The translations under genes were made by a program, and so were the position numbers. A DNA stretch of 64,000 nt from a virus: IMG/VR virus record IMGVR_UViG_3300013093_003863, positions 24,770 to 88,769 of that record; one strand, given 5' to 3'. Under the pieces are notes generated by a model. It saw only the letters and a program-made list of their open reading frames with translations, was not told the DNA's origin and did no database searches. Every line of letters starts with the position of its first letter. Positions within the stretch are counted from its first letter, which is position 1. Below, piece by piece: positions 28,983-38,626 of this stretch.

Positions 28983-29678
28983 TTACCATCCGTAAGCGTC
29001 GGCTACTAGTTCTTTACCAGCTTCTGCGGCTACGGTATTCTTGCAGGAAATTTCATACAAGTCTTTACGCATAGCTTCTACTAGTGCAAAGGCACGAGCT
29101 TGAGCTTCTGGAGTTGTTACTAGTTGTTCTAATTTACGTGCACCAATTTTACTGTGGAAACCTTCGTCCTTGGCAATCTTGGCATAAGCACCAGAGATAA
29201 ATTCATCTTCAATACATTCGGCCATTTGATTCCAAACTGCTTCAGCACGTCCTTCAGCAACTAACTGATAAGCTGCCAATGCAATTGGATCATTCTCGGC
29301 ATCGTACTTGGCCAATAAACCAGCACCTTTGGCAGTTGGCTTAGCGGCTTCGCGAGCAATAGCGGCTTGTACATCAATTGGACTACCTTGGATGTGTTCG
29401 ATAACTTCTTTAACTAAACGGAAGTGTACTGCTTCATCGTGTGCTTGTTGTGTTAACAGTTGCAGTTCCACTGGATCTGCGTCAGCACCTAGTTCGGAAA
29501 CTTGCTTGCTGATTTCAACCATGTTCATACGCTCGTTTACCATACGACCAATAAAGTGATCAACTAGTTCTTCTTGAGCAGGCTTGCTGTCAAAATATGC
29601 TTTAACATTGTGTTGACTTGCTTTAAATAACGCTTGATTGTCGGCCACGATTTTGGCAACAAATTGTTTTGAGTCCAT
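28983..29678 (-). CDS. Ferritin-like diiron protein
   Basis: Paired E...DEAVH and E...DEGFH diiron motifs. Confidence 0.75.
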   Translation of the reverse strand: MDSKQFVAKIVADNQALFKASQHNVKAYFDSKPAQEELVDHFIGRMVNERMNMVEISKQVSELGADADPVELQLLTQQAHDEAVHFRLVKEVIEHIQGSPIDVQAAIAREAAKPTAKGAGLLAKYDAENDPIALAAYQLVAEGRAEAVWNQMAECIEDEFISGAYAKIAKDEGFHSKIGARKLEQLVTTPEAQARAFALVEAMRKDLYEISCKNTVAAEAGKELVADAYGW

Positions 29679-29751
29679 ACTATCTCCTTAAATATATTTA
29701 ATAGAATTTGCATTTCTGCAAAAATATTTATCCAAAACAAAGAAAATTTCA

Positions 29752-30477
29752 ATGAATACCAAAATTTTTAACTTAATCAAAGAAAATTTGCACTCTGCAT
29801 TTAATTTACCCAAATATGCCAATATCGTTATAGACGAAAACACTCAAGTGGATCAACTGCCCTGGACTCCGGCACGCTATCGCAAGTTTCGAGATGCAGT
29901 AGAATCAGAACTGAGTTTACCTTGTGATTATGTTGGCACCTTGCGTAGCATAGTAGATGATCTCAGTGAACGATATATCCTACGCTTTTTTAGCGAGATT
30001 TGGAAACCACGCACCAATGATTATGATTACACCGGTTGGGCACTTGTTGAAGAAATTAATGCCCAAAATCCTCGAGCAGTACTAGATGTAGGTTGCGGAT
30101 ACCATCCGTTTAAAGGACGTATACAAAATCTAGTGGGAATTGATCCTTACAACAATTGTGCCGATTTTGAAGTTGATATATTAGACTATAAGGTAAACCA
30201 AAAGTATGATCACATACTTGCACTAGGATCAATCAATTTTAATAGTCGTGATGATATTGAAGCAAGATTCAGTCATTGCGTTGATCTATTAGAATCGGGA
30301 GGTAAATTTTATCTACGTGCCAACCCTGGCATTGTACACAAGAATGGGCCTTATGTGGAAATATTTCCTTGGAGCTTTGAGATAGTAAGTGAATTTGCCG
30401 AGCGATACAATCTAAAGTTGCTGAAGTATAAACAAGATGCCAATGATAGATTGTACTTTGTATATGAAAAATTATAG
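29752..30477 (+). CDS. Class I SAM-dependent methyltransferase
   Basis: VLDVGCG, GIDP, LESGGKFY. Confidence 0.8.
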   Translation: MNTKIFNLIKENLHSAFNLPKYANIVIDENTQVDQLPWTPARYRKFRDAVESELSLPCDYVGTLRSIVDDLSERYILRFFSEIWKPRTNDYDYTGWALVEEINAQNPRAVLDVGCGYHPFKGRIQNLVGIDPYNNCADFEVDILDYKVNQKYDHILALGSINFNSRDDIEARFSHCVDLLESGGKFYLRANPGIVHKNGPYVEIFPWSFEIVSEFAERYNLKLLKYKQDANDRLYFVYEKL

Positions 30478-30619
30478 TGCAGTCTAATACTTAGTCCTTA
30501 GATAAATTTCATTAACACTAGTAAAACCTTTTTGGGTTGGTTCTTAAATACTTGCGTGAACATACTGTTGTTCGCAACACAGTATGGAACATGATGACAC
30601 AAACCCCAAGGAGGTACTC

Positions 30620-31381
30620 TTGTCCAAACGTAAGAATCGATTAGTAGAAACCGTTCAGTATCAACAACCCAAACAAAAAAGACATATCCAGCCCGACTTA
30701 CGAGTAGTAACCGAGGAATACGTACAACGAAGTCGACGTGTAGAATTAAAGCCTAAGAGTTTAAATCAAGAAACTTACATTGATTTATTGACCAATTCTC
30801 AGAAACTGATTATATTTGCAACAGGACCTGCTGGCACAGGCAAAACCATGTTGGCTGTAATGGCCGCCATCAAAGCCTATCAAGAAGGAGACTGTAAAAA
30901 GATTGTCGTCACTCGTCCGGCAGTGGGCGTAGATGATGAACAACATGGATTCTTGCCCGGAACGCTAAATGAAAAAATGGCACCCTGGACAAGACCCATA
31001 ATGGATGTGTTTGCCGAGTATTACCGACCGGCTGACATTGCTCGAATGCTAGACGAACAAGTTATTGAGGTTTCTCCCCTAGCGTTCATGCGTGGACGGA
31101 CATTTAAAAATTCGTGGATCATAGCTGACGAAATGCAGAATGCCACACCATCTCAGATGAAAATGCTGTTGACACGTTTAGGCGATGCAAGCAAAATGGT
31201 AGTAACCGGAGACACACAACAAGCGGACCGTAAAGAAAACAACAACGGATTAATTGACTTCAAACGTATTGTGGGACAATACGAAAATAGTCGCTATGTC
31301 GCAGGTGTTGAATTCGAAGGACGCGATATACACCGTCATCCTGCGGTATTTGAAATACTTAAAATGTACGGGGAGGTATAG
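30620..31381 (+). CDS. phoH: PhoH family ATPase
   Basis: GPAGTGKT, GFLPG, FMRGRTF, DEMQN, TGDTQQ; TTG start after GGAGG. Confidence 0.93.
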   Translation: MSKRKNRLVETVQYQQPKQKRHIQPDLRVVTEEYVQRSRRVELKPKSLNQETYIDLLTNSQKLIIFATGPAGTGKTMLAVMAAIKAYQEGDCKKIVVTRPAVGVDDEQHGFLPGTLNEKMAPWTRPIMDVFAEYYRPADIARMLDEQVIEVSPLAFMRGRTFKNSWIIADEMQNATPSQMKMLLTRLGDASKMVVTGDTQQADRKENNNGLIDFKRIVGQYENSRYVAGVEFEGRDIHRHPAVFEILKMYGEV

Positions 31382-31395
31382 CCAATAAATATTAG

Positions 31396-32412
31396 ATGTT
31401 CAAATATGGCGATATACGCAAAGTACATCTAGAGATAAGTAGTCGTTGCAATGCTTCGTGCCCTGAGTGCCTTAGAAACCTCAGGGGCGGAGACATTGAA
31501 GATCACGGTGATTATGTAGTACATGACATGAGTTTGAGCGAGGCTCAAACTATCTTTCCGGTAGACTTTTTACAACAACTTGATATTTTTACAATCAATG
31601 GCAACTTTGGTGACTTTATTACCTGCCGTGACGGATTGGAAATTGTACAATACATCAGTGACGCCAATCCCCGTATGTCAATTGAGATCAGCACCAACGC
31701 CAGTGGCCAACCCAAGATCTGGAGCCAACTTGGTAAAATCAAAAACCTACAAGTAATATTTAGAATTGATGGATTGGCCGATACACATCACTTGTATAGG
31801 CAATATACCGATTTTGATTTGATAATCAGTAATGCCAAACGGTTTATTGCTGCGGGCGGAAATGCAGCCTGGTACATGATCGAATTTGACTTCAATCAAC
31901 ATCAACGTGATACTGCACGACAAATGAGCAAGGACTTGGGATTCAAAGAATTTCGACTTATCAATCACGGAAGAAACAACACTGTGGTGTTTACACGAGA
32001 CGGTGAATTTAGCCATACCATTGGTACTCCCGATCCCGATATCAGAGATTATCAAGTATTATTGGACATGCGTGAATTTGTTAAGACTCGTGAAGGAGGT
32101 AATCGAGTCTACTACGAATCTCGAATCAGCAAAAAGAAAATCCGTTGTCAAGTGCAGAATCCGGCCAGCATTTATGTACAAAGCAACGGACAAGTATATC
32201 CCTGTTGTTGGGTGGGATTTGCACCCGATACTAATAAAATAACTCCGGGAATGGATCAAACTGCTGCCATTGCCAAGAACAACAACGCACTAGATGTTGG
32301 AATAGAATCGGCCATGTCTTGGTTCGCCGAGCTGGAAAAAACTTGGTCTATAGATACTGTGCTGAACGGAAGACACTACAAGTGTAATTCTATTTGCGGG
32401 TCAGACGACTGA
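31396..32412 (+). CDS. Radical SAM protein with SPASM/twitch domain
   Basis: CNASCPEC; C-terminal C...GQVYPCC...C..IC. Confidence 0.85.
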   Translation: MFKYGDIRKVHLEISSRCNASCPECLRNLRGGDIEDHGDYVVHDMSLSEAQTIFPVDFLQQLDIFTINGNFGDFITCRDGLEIVQYISDANPRMSIEISTNASGQPKIWSQLGKIKNLQVIFRIDGLADTHHLYRQYTDFDLIISNAKRFIAAGGNAAWYMIEFDFNQHQRDTARQMSKDLGFKEFRLINHGRNNTVVFTRDGEFSHTIGTPDPDIRDYQVLLDMREFVKTREGGNRVYYESRISKKKIRCQVQNPASIYVQSNGQVYPCCWVGFAPDTNKITPGMDQTAAIAKNNNALDVGIESAMSWFAELEKTWSIDTVLNGRHYKCNSICGSDD

Positions 32413-32626
32413 CTGCATTGTGTAGTTCGGATAGATATGCTGTTTGATTTCTAAATTTATTTTCAAGTTCGGCAAGTCGATGTTTTAGCATGGCAATTTC
32501 GTTATCGCGTTGATCATTGGACGATTTGACATCTTTAAGAACTTTTTCGTGACTGAGCAAGTTGGGACGAGGCGGTGCATTGGGGTCCACTGCACGTTTC
32601 TTTTTGACTTTGTACATGTCTAACAT
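32390..32626 (-). CDS. Small coiled-coil hypothetical protein
   Basis: 78 aa; TAAATA upstream. Confidence 0.55.
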   Translation of the reverse strand: MLDMYKVKKKRAVDPNAPPRPNLLSHEKVLKDVKSSNDQRDNEIAMLKHRLAELENKFRNQTAYLSELHNAVSRLTRK

Positions 32627-32634
32627 ACTCATAT

Positions 32635-33792
32635 TTATTTCCAATAGGGTTCAAACTCGGGAACTATATCCAAGACATTTTCTTTGCGTACACGATCAAG
32701 TTCATTGGTTCGGTTCATTACCACGTTCCATTCGGTCAACGGAATTTGATTCATGTAATTGATTATGCCCTGTGCTCTGGGATAGTTCTTGAGTCGTTGT
32801 TGTGCAAGATCTTTAAGTTCTGGAGGCAAATTTGTAATGTTTTGCTCCACCGGGTAATTGGCAATACTTAAATCGTATTTGTCAAATCCATTGGAGTCAA
32901 TGAAATCCAAGACTTGATGCAATGATAATATATTGTAAATGGTCACAACAATATTGAATCTAATATTGACCTTGAACTTTTTTATCAAATCGAGATTGGC
33001 CACGAACCGACTCCAATTGCTGCCACTGCGAATATATTCAAATACCGATCCTAGGCCGTCCATGCTCACTATGAACAATACGTTGGTAAAATAGGTCAAA
33101 TAGTCTTCGATATTGTAGGTTCCCAGGGTCAAACGTGTTAAATTTGTCACGTATGTGAGTCTAATATCTCGCATGCCCAACTGCCGCAGATGTTCTAACA
33201 TAGCCCAATGTTCTTGCTGAAAGAACACTTCGCCACCGGCAAAGTAAACTTCTCGTAATTCACCAAGATCACCGTACTTGGCAATAATGTCTTCCCACAC
33301 TGTGGTATCGTGTGCTTGTATTATGTAACTGCCATTTACAGTGGCGTTTAATTCTTGGGCCCAGGTATGACTGTATCCGGGCCCGCACATGCGGCATTTC
33401 AAATTACATACATTGCTGAATCTAGCGTCCCAATACTGCATTTGAAAATTGTGCAAGGTACCATCGGGTTCGGTTTTGGCCAGTAACCAATCTAGATTAC
33501 TTTCGGGTATGTTGATATTTTTGCTGGTTCTAAAACTTTCAAGACCGTGGCGTTCTTGTCTATAACAATTGGCACAGGCTTCGTGTTCGTGTCCCTGCAT
33601 CATGGCCCGACGCACCGACTTCATTTCGGGAACATTTACTATGTCTTGAGCAGTAGCAAAATCTCGTATGTTTCCAAACTCGACTGCTTGTTTATCGGCA
33701 CTGCAACAAGGACCAAACTTGCCGTTGGGCTCGTGAAAGAAATGAACCCATGGCAAGATGCAAAAAGTCTTACTCGGCAACAACTGAGTCAA
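32635..33792 (-). CDS. Radical SAM protein with N-terminal twitch/SPASM domain
   Basis: FCILPW...GPCC...CANC; CNLKCRMC; YFAGGE. Confidence 0.87.
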   Translation of the reverse strand: MTQLLPSKTFCILPWVHFFHEPNGKFGPCCSADKQAVEFGNIRDFATAQDIVNVPEMKSVRRAMMQGHEHEACANCYRQERHGLESFRTSKNINIPESNLDWLLAKTEPDGTLHNFQMQYWDARFSNVCNLKCRMCGPGYSHTWAQELNATVNGSYIIQAHDTTVWEDIIAKYGDLGELREVYFAGGEVFFQQEHWAMLEHLRQLGMRDIRLTYVTNLTRLTLGTYNIEDYLTYFTNVLFIVSMDGLGSVFEYIRSGSNWSRFVANLDLIKKFKVNIRFNIVVTIYNILSLHQVLDFIDSNGFDKYDLSIANYPVEQNITNLPPELKDLAQQRLKNYPRAQGIINYMNQIPLTEWNVVMNRTNELDRVRKENVLDIVPEFEPYWK

Positions 33793-34156
33793 CTGTGGCT
33801 GCCTCTGCGTCTACTGCAGGTTCTTCTTTGGGAATAAACTGCTCAAGGTAAGCAAGATCCAATTGTGCCATTACATTGATAACATATTTGGGATAGGCTT
33901 CCAAAAAGTATTTGAATAGCTTGTCAAAGTCGCCATCATAAGCATTGAAACGATTTTTAACAATGGTCTTCTTGCTTAAATTTAGTACTACACCGGCGTA
34001 ACTGTGGTCATTGGGCTTTAGGCCTTTAGTAAACTCAATGCGTTCGTCGTATTGATGATTGTTGGGATCGCTCATGTATCCTCTAACATGTGTCATTTTG
34101 GGATCTTTGGGCTTGATCACGTAAAACGCCAAGAGGTGTAAATCTTTAATTTTCAT
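33770..34156 (-). CDS. Hypothetical phage protein
   Basis: 128 aa, ATGA-coupled to clamp loader. Confidence 0.6.
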   Translation of the reverse strand: MKIKDLHLLAFYVIKPKDPKMTHVRGYMSDPNNHQYDERIEFTKGLKPNDHSYAGVVLNLSKKTIVKNRFNAYDGDFDKLFKYFLEAYPKYVINVMAQLDLAYLEQFIPKEEPAVDAEAATVDSVVAE

Positions 34157-35082
34157 TCGTGTCCTATCTTTGATAATTCGGTTATGATTGCTGATACATT
34201 GATTTCTGCGTCGGACACCAGTGTATGATTGGCATATCCACGGCTTATAATTATAATTGCTTCGTCCTGTCCTTCGGGCGTTGAACTCCAGATATCCAAG
34301 TTATCGTACATCCAACGAAAGAAACTTTCCATGTCTTCGTTGGCAATTTGACTGCAAATTAATCCACGTGCTTCGCGAAATTTTCCAGCCTTGAACAATG
34401 CCACACTGTCCAGTTTCCAATCTTTGACACTGGAATCGGTTTGTCCGGGATTGATCAAAGTACCAGTAGTGGTACTTCGTTGCAACAGGTTCAAACACTT
34501 GCGTAAATCGGGATAGGTTGCTTTGACATAGCTGTCTAAAACATCTAGATCAAATTCAATACCTTCGGTTACCAACACAGTGGCTGCTCGTGCAGTGAAT
34601 TCGGTAGCATCGGTTTTGTCAATGTGGAATCCTTGACATCTACTGTGTATGGGCGGAAGTATTTTGTTGGGATAGTTACAGGTCAAGATAAAACGTACAT
34701 TTTGACTGTAGTCTTCCATCAAGTTACGCAGTGCCGGTTGTACACTATTGGGATTCATATAGTCGGCTTCGTCAATGAGCACAACTTTGAACTTGCCAAA
34801 CGGCATGGTTTGGCAAAAATTAATTAGCTTGTCGACCCACTCGACTTTACGTGCTTCTTTACTGCCGTTTGCATACATTACATCGTATTCTTCGATACCC
34901 AGCTCGTTGATCAATATCTTGGCCAGTGTTGTTTTACCGGTACCGGGACTGCCGCTCAATAACAAATGCGGGATAATGCCATCCTTGATCCAGCTTTCGA
35001 CTGTTTGTCGTTGTTCGGGATCGGTAAAAACATAATTTTCTACTGTGTTGGGTCGGTACTTTTCGGTCCAAAGTTCTTTCAT
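34153..35082 (-). CDS. Sliding clamp loader AAA+ subunit (T4 gp44/RFC-like)
   Basis: LWTEKYRP, GSPGTGKTT, IDEAD, SRC. Confidence 0.93.
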   Translation of the reverse strand: MKELWTEKYRPNTVENYVFTDPEQRQTVESWIKDGIIPHLLLSGSPGTGKTTLAKILINELGIEEYDVMYANGSKEARKVEWVDKLINFCQTMPFGKFKVVLIDEADYMNPNSVQPALRNLMEDYSQNVRFILTCNYPNKILPPIHSRCQGFHIDKTDATEFTARAATVLVTEGIEFDLDVLDSYVKATYPDLRKCLNLLQRSTTTGTLINPGQTDSSVKDWKLDSVALFKAGKFREARGLICSQIANEDMESFFRWMYDNLDIWSSTPEGQDEAIIIISRGYANHTLVSDAEINVSAIITELSKIGHE

Positions 35083-35270
35083 TTAATATTCCAATCTTGT
35101 TTTGCTTGTTGCCATACTTGACGCGGATGCGTTATGCACCATACAGGAATTATAACGCAGGCTGCAAGTAATAGCAACCAAGTTGGTGTAGTTGCAGGGT
35201 GATGTGGACAACGCCCTTGACGATAGTCGCACCCGGGACTATACTCGTGTCTACAAGTGGTACATTTCAT
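35079..35270 (-). CDS. Small Cys-rich membrane protein
   Basis: 63 aa, ATGA-coupled on both sides. Confidence 0.5.
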   Translation of the reverse strand: MKCTTCRHEYSPGCDYRQGRCPHHPATTPTWLLLLAACVIIPVWCITHPRQVWQQAKQDWNIK

Positions 35271-35503
35271 TGTTTAAGTATCCTCATAATGCGATCTTGC
35301 TCTTGTTCTTTGAGCCATTCTTCCTCGCCGGCATAAGTGCTACAAGCCGCCAAACTTTCATCTACAAGCCATTTGAGCCGGTACAACTCTTGTTTGGTGT
35401 TCCAAGTAACAAATCCATCATTGCGAGGATTGACGCATTCGGCACGCATCATCCAAATGCCATGTCGTATGGCATTGGCATCCCAGTCACGTCGGTATCC
35501 CAT
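35267..35503 (-). CDS. Hypothetical protein
   Basis: 78 aa in operon. Confidence 0.55.
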   Translation of the reverse strand: MGYRRDWDANAIRHGIWMMRAECVNPRNDGFVTWNTKQELYRLKWLVDESLAACSTYAGEEEWLKEQEQDRIMRILKQ

Positions 35504-35504
35504 T

Positions 35505-35879
35505 TTACCAACGTGTTTTAGAATCGACTAATTTGCCGGTGTTGTGTGTGTCATCTCCGGTGGGTTCGGTATCGGATACCAACAAGATATCGTTGGGGTC
35601 AATTCTACGAATTGTTCGTTCGCCGTCGTGATCCTCAATACCAACTCCACGTGTCCAACGACCGTGGGCAACCATGACCCATTGTCCCACTCTAATATCT
35701 TCTTGCTCGGGTCCAATGGCATATACCTGTGCCCATCTTGGACGAACTCCAGCGGTTCTACCGTCGTCGCCGAGTAAGTACAATCCACTACTGGTTTTCC
35801 TCTCTTTGAAGTTCATATCGGTCACCAGCACATGATCTTTGATGGTGCGTATTTCTTTGATTTTAATTGGTTTTAACAT
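35505..35879 (-). CDS. groES: GroES-like co-chaperonin
   Basis: IKDHVLV...KTSSGLYL...VYAIGP...IRVGQWV...DIL; start reassigned to MLKPIK. Confidence 0.75.
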   Translation of the reverse strand: MLKPIKIKEIRTIKDHVLVTDMNFKERKTSSGLYLLGDDGRTAGVRPRWAQVYAIGPEQEDIRVGQWVMVAHGRWTRGVGIEDHDGERTIRRIDPNDILLVSDTEPTGDDTHNTGKLVDSKTRW

Positions 35880-35880
35880 A

Positions 35881-36318
35881 TCAAATTCTAGTAGGTCCTT
35901 GTGATTTTTTTTGCTCTTTAGCGGTGGGTATAGGTTGTTGTACCACTGATGCTGTTTTGGCCGCTGCTGCTGCCAAACTGCCACGTGCCGGTGGCTCAGA
36001 TGGTGTTGTTGGCTCCAATGGGCCACTGTTGGTAAGATTGTTTACCATGTTATGTAATTCTTGTGCTTGGCTTTTTTCAATTAATTTTTGTTGTGCCATG
36101 ACCACTGCCGGGTCATTGGGACTGTACGGAGCATCGGCAACTGCATAGGCCTGATCCATGATTTGATTTCGCCCCATGGCCACTTCACCGTTGTTGCCCA
36201 ATAAATCACCACGTGCATTGACACGCATGTTGCCAACGGCTGTGACATTTTCGTTGGTTAATTTGACTCGATCAATATCAACCATTTTGCCACGTGCGGT
36301 TTTGTATATTTTTGACAT
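35881..36318 (-). CDS. Hypothetical phage protein
   Basis: 145 aa; YKTARGK...AVGNMRVNARGD. Confidence 0.6.
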   Translation of the reverse strand: MSKIYKTARGKMVDIDRVKLTNENVTAVGNMRVNARGDLLGNNGEVAMGRNQIMDQAYAVADAPYSPNDPAVVMAQQKLIEKSQAQELHNMVNNLTNSGPLEPTTPSEPPARGSLAAAAAKTASVVQQPIPTAKEQKKSQGPTRI

Positions 36319-36327
36319 CGTTATTCC

Positions 36328-36846
36328 TTATTTTAAAAATTCTCGTATATCAAGATCATAATACATACTATTGATCTTGTGTACGCCCAGCAAGTATAAC
36401 ACATAACTGGCTACACTACTACCACGACCCAATCCCCATAATACTGAATTAGCTCGCATGGTGTCTACAAAGTATTTAAGATATTGTAGCAAGGAGAATA
36501 GGTTTCTTTCCTGATACAACAATAGCTCTTGTCCCACACGTTGTAGTTCGGCATCGGTTTGGCACAAATTTAATACATGTTGTGCAATATCCAAATCTTG
36601 ATATTCTTCGGGCATGTACCATGTTTGTTGTTGTCCCCAGTGAAACAGTTCCAAGGAAACGTCCTCTTGGGGAACTGTATATTGTCGCAGTTGCGGAAAT
36701 CCGCTAAAGGTCTGCATCACTGCTGTGTTATAAGGCAAACTGTCCACGACTCGAAACTTTGACAAGTCCAAGTCAGGATCGAGATAAAGCAAGTCGCAAA
36801 GTTCTCGAGTATCGGTATAGGCCTGTCCGTAGGGATCGTAATTCAT
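36328..36846 (-). CDS. Stand-alone fragment of DNA polymerase III alpha (DnaE) palm region
   Basis: WGLGRGSSVASYVLYLLGVHKI matches the DnaE GxGRGS motif; only 172 aa. Confidence 0.7.
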   Translation of the reverse strand: MNYDPYGQAYTDTRELCDLLYLDPDLDLSKFRVVDSLPYNTAVMQTFSGFPQLRQYTVPQEDVSLELFHWGQQQTWYMPEEYQDLDIAQHVLNLCQTDAELQRVGQELLLYQERNLFSLLQYLKYFVDTMRANSVLWGLGRGSSVASYVLYLLGVHKINSMYYDLDIREFLK

Positions 36847-37082
36847 TTAATATCAATTAGCTTGTCGAAGTTGGGATTCTTTTTGGCCATTTCTTCCATT
36901 TGTTTTCGAGTGCGTTCGTTTAATTCAAATTGGTAGTCGTCCAACATCATGTGTATTTGTTGTACTATGTCTCCTCGACCCCAGCGATAAGCCATACTCA
37001 GTCTAGAGTTGAGCTCGCTTATTTTCTTTGACAGCTCTTCTTGAGATAAAGAACTTAATACAGGTGTGAGTGGATGTCCCAT
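36843..37082 (-). CDS. Hypothetical protein
   Basis: 79 aa; promoter TTGATT-17-TATACT just upstream. Confidence 0.55.
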   Translation of the reverse strand: MGHPLTPVLSSLSQEELSKKISELNSRLSMAYRWGRGDIVQQIHMMLDDYQFELNERTRKQMEEMAKKNPNFDKLIDIK

Positions 37083-37126
37083 ACTCGTAGTATATGTGAA
37101 TGTTGTTTAAAAATCAAGTCTTTTGG

Positions 37127-38575
37127 TTAACTTAGATACCAAGTGTTCGCAGCCGAAATATAGGTCAATTGAGCTGTTACATTACCGGCACTGAACTTGT
37201 TGCTTGGAACCCATTTGACTGTGGATGTCGAGTATACATTTGCCGAAACAATGGGAGCTACCGATACAATTTTGAATCGTTGTCGATCAACCGGACTAGG
37301 CGGCAATATAATATTACCGCTAGAAATTGACGCCGACCCAGTGCTGTCGATGATCACGGTGCTTACTGCATTATTGGCAGTGAACACACTACCACCACTG
37401 GTTACAAAATTTGTAATATAAGTACCGCCTTCTACTATGCCCGATTTGGTATAGAAGTTGCCGTACACATGAACGCTCTGGTCGTTTTCAATGCCCATGC
37501 CCTGTAGTACAACATTACCGCTATTGCCGCCATCGTCGGCAGTAAAGAATGCAATATTACCACCTAGACCGTATGTGACATTGGATCCGGTCGCATAATG
37601 CACAATGGTTGACAATTGCTGGAACACATTGCCAGTACCACCGGTGCCGGTATAGGCAACAGCATTGCGATATCCAAGATAATCACCGCTTTGTACCGGA
37701 GTAATTGTGGCAGTACTCAAATTACCGCGTGCAGCAGTAAGAGTATAACCGCCAATTTTGGTTGTATCAAGTTGTGCATTTGTGGTGCTGGCCAAACTCA
37801 AATTACCAAGTGCCACTGAATTATACGATCCCAGGGCACTGACAATGTTTTGTCCTTGATCGCCGGCCAGTGCCACTCCCAATGCTGTTTGGCCGCCATT
37901 GTTTTGACCATAGCCCAAGAACAATGTGGGAGCTGCAGTGATTGCAGGATTGAAATAGATCTGTGGGTCACGCAAACTGTTGCGATTGCGAGTAACATCA
38001 AATATCAAATAGTGTGATCCGCCGTCGATTGAACTAAAATCAAATACATAATTGCCGATTGCATCAAAAGTAATAGTACTTGTGCCGGCATTGAATCCAG
38101 CAATATCGCCGTCGGCAATGCTCACACTAGAGGGAAGTGTTACAGTATATGCGGTATTGGTCACATTGATCCAAACTCGCATCAAGCCATAGCCCAATGC
38201 ACCCGATCCAGTACTAGCTGGCCAGTTAATAAAACTCAAGCTGATTGAGGCATTTGTGGTTAACTTTTGAAAGTTGGCTTTTGAAAAATCCAGCTGAACT
38301 GCACCGCTTGCTGTACCCAAATCCAATAAACTCTGTGTCCAAGATGCCAATTGCGGAGCAATAATCTGTGCCCCGGCCATGTTGTTGTTTAAGGTTTGTC
38401 CATTTAAGGCACTGGTTGTAATGACTTTTGACTGTAGATCAGAAATTTCGTTTTCGGCATAGATAAAGTTATTCTTGATATTGGTAAAATTATCTCTGAA
38501 TCCTTGGCTGGAATTATCTTGCCCAGCAATCGGGAAAGTGCCGTCTACGTTGTATGGATTGATGTTGCTTGACAT
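37127..38575 (-). CDS. Virion structural protein (tail/baseplate or fiber-like)
   Basis: 482 aa, Ser/Thr/Gly/Asn-rich beta composition; N-terminus shared with 38627-38923. Confidence 0.6.
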   Translation of the reverse strand: MSSNINPYNVDGTFPIAGQDNSSQGFRDNFTNIKNNFIYAENEISDLQSKVITTSALNGQTLNNNMAGAQIIAPQLASWTQSLLDLGTASGAVQLDFSKANFQKLTTNASISLSFINWPASTGSGALGYGLMRVWINVTNTAYTVTLPSSVSIADGDIAGFNAGTSTITFDAIGNYVFDFSSIDGGSHYLIFDVTRNRNSLRDPQIYFNPAITAAPTLFLGYGQNNGGQTALGVALAGDQGQNIVSALGSYNSVALGNLSLASTTNAQLDTTKIGGYTLTAARGNLSTATITPVQSGDYLGYRNAVAYTGTGGTGNVFQQLSTIVHYATGSNVTYGLGGNIAFFTADDGGNSGNVVLQGMGIENDQSVHVYGNFYTKSGIVEGGTYITNFVTSGGSVFTANNAVSTVIIDSTGSASISSGNIILPPSPVDRQRFKIVSVAPIVSANVYSTSTVKWVPSNKFSAGNVTAQLTYISAANTWYLS

Positions 38576-38626
38576 GTAATCTGCGTCCTAAATATGATAT
38601 CAAGTATTTATACTCAAAGAGTCATA

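Noticed and set aside
35880-36026. Long N-terminal extensions in the ORF track (GroES, ACP 1708-1791, glycosyltransferase 14497-14607, 63688-63738)
   Set aside because: The extensions overlap other genes, RNAs or promoters; downstream ATGs fit the domain starts better.
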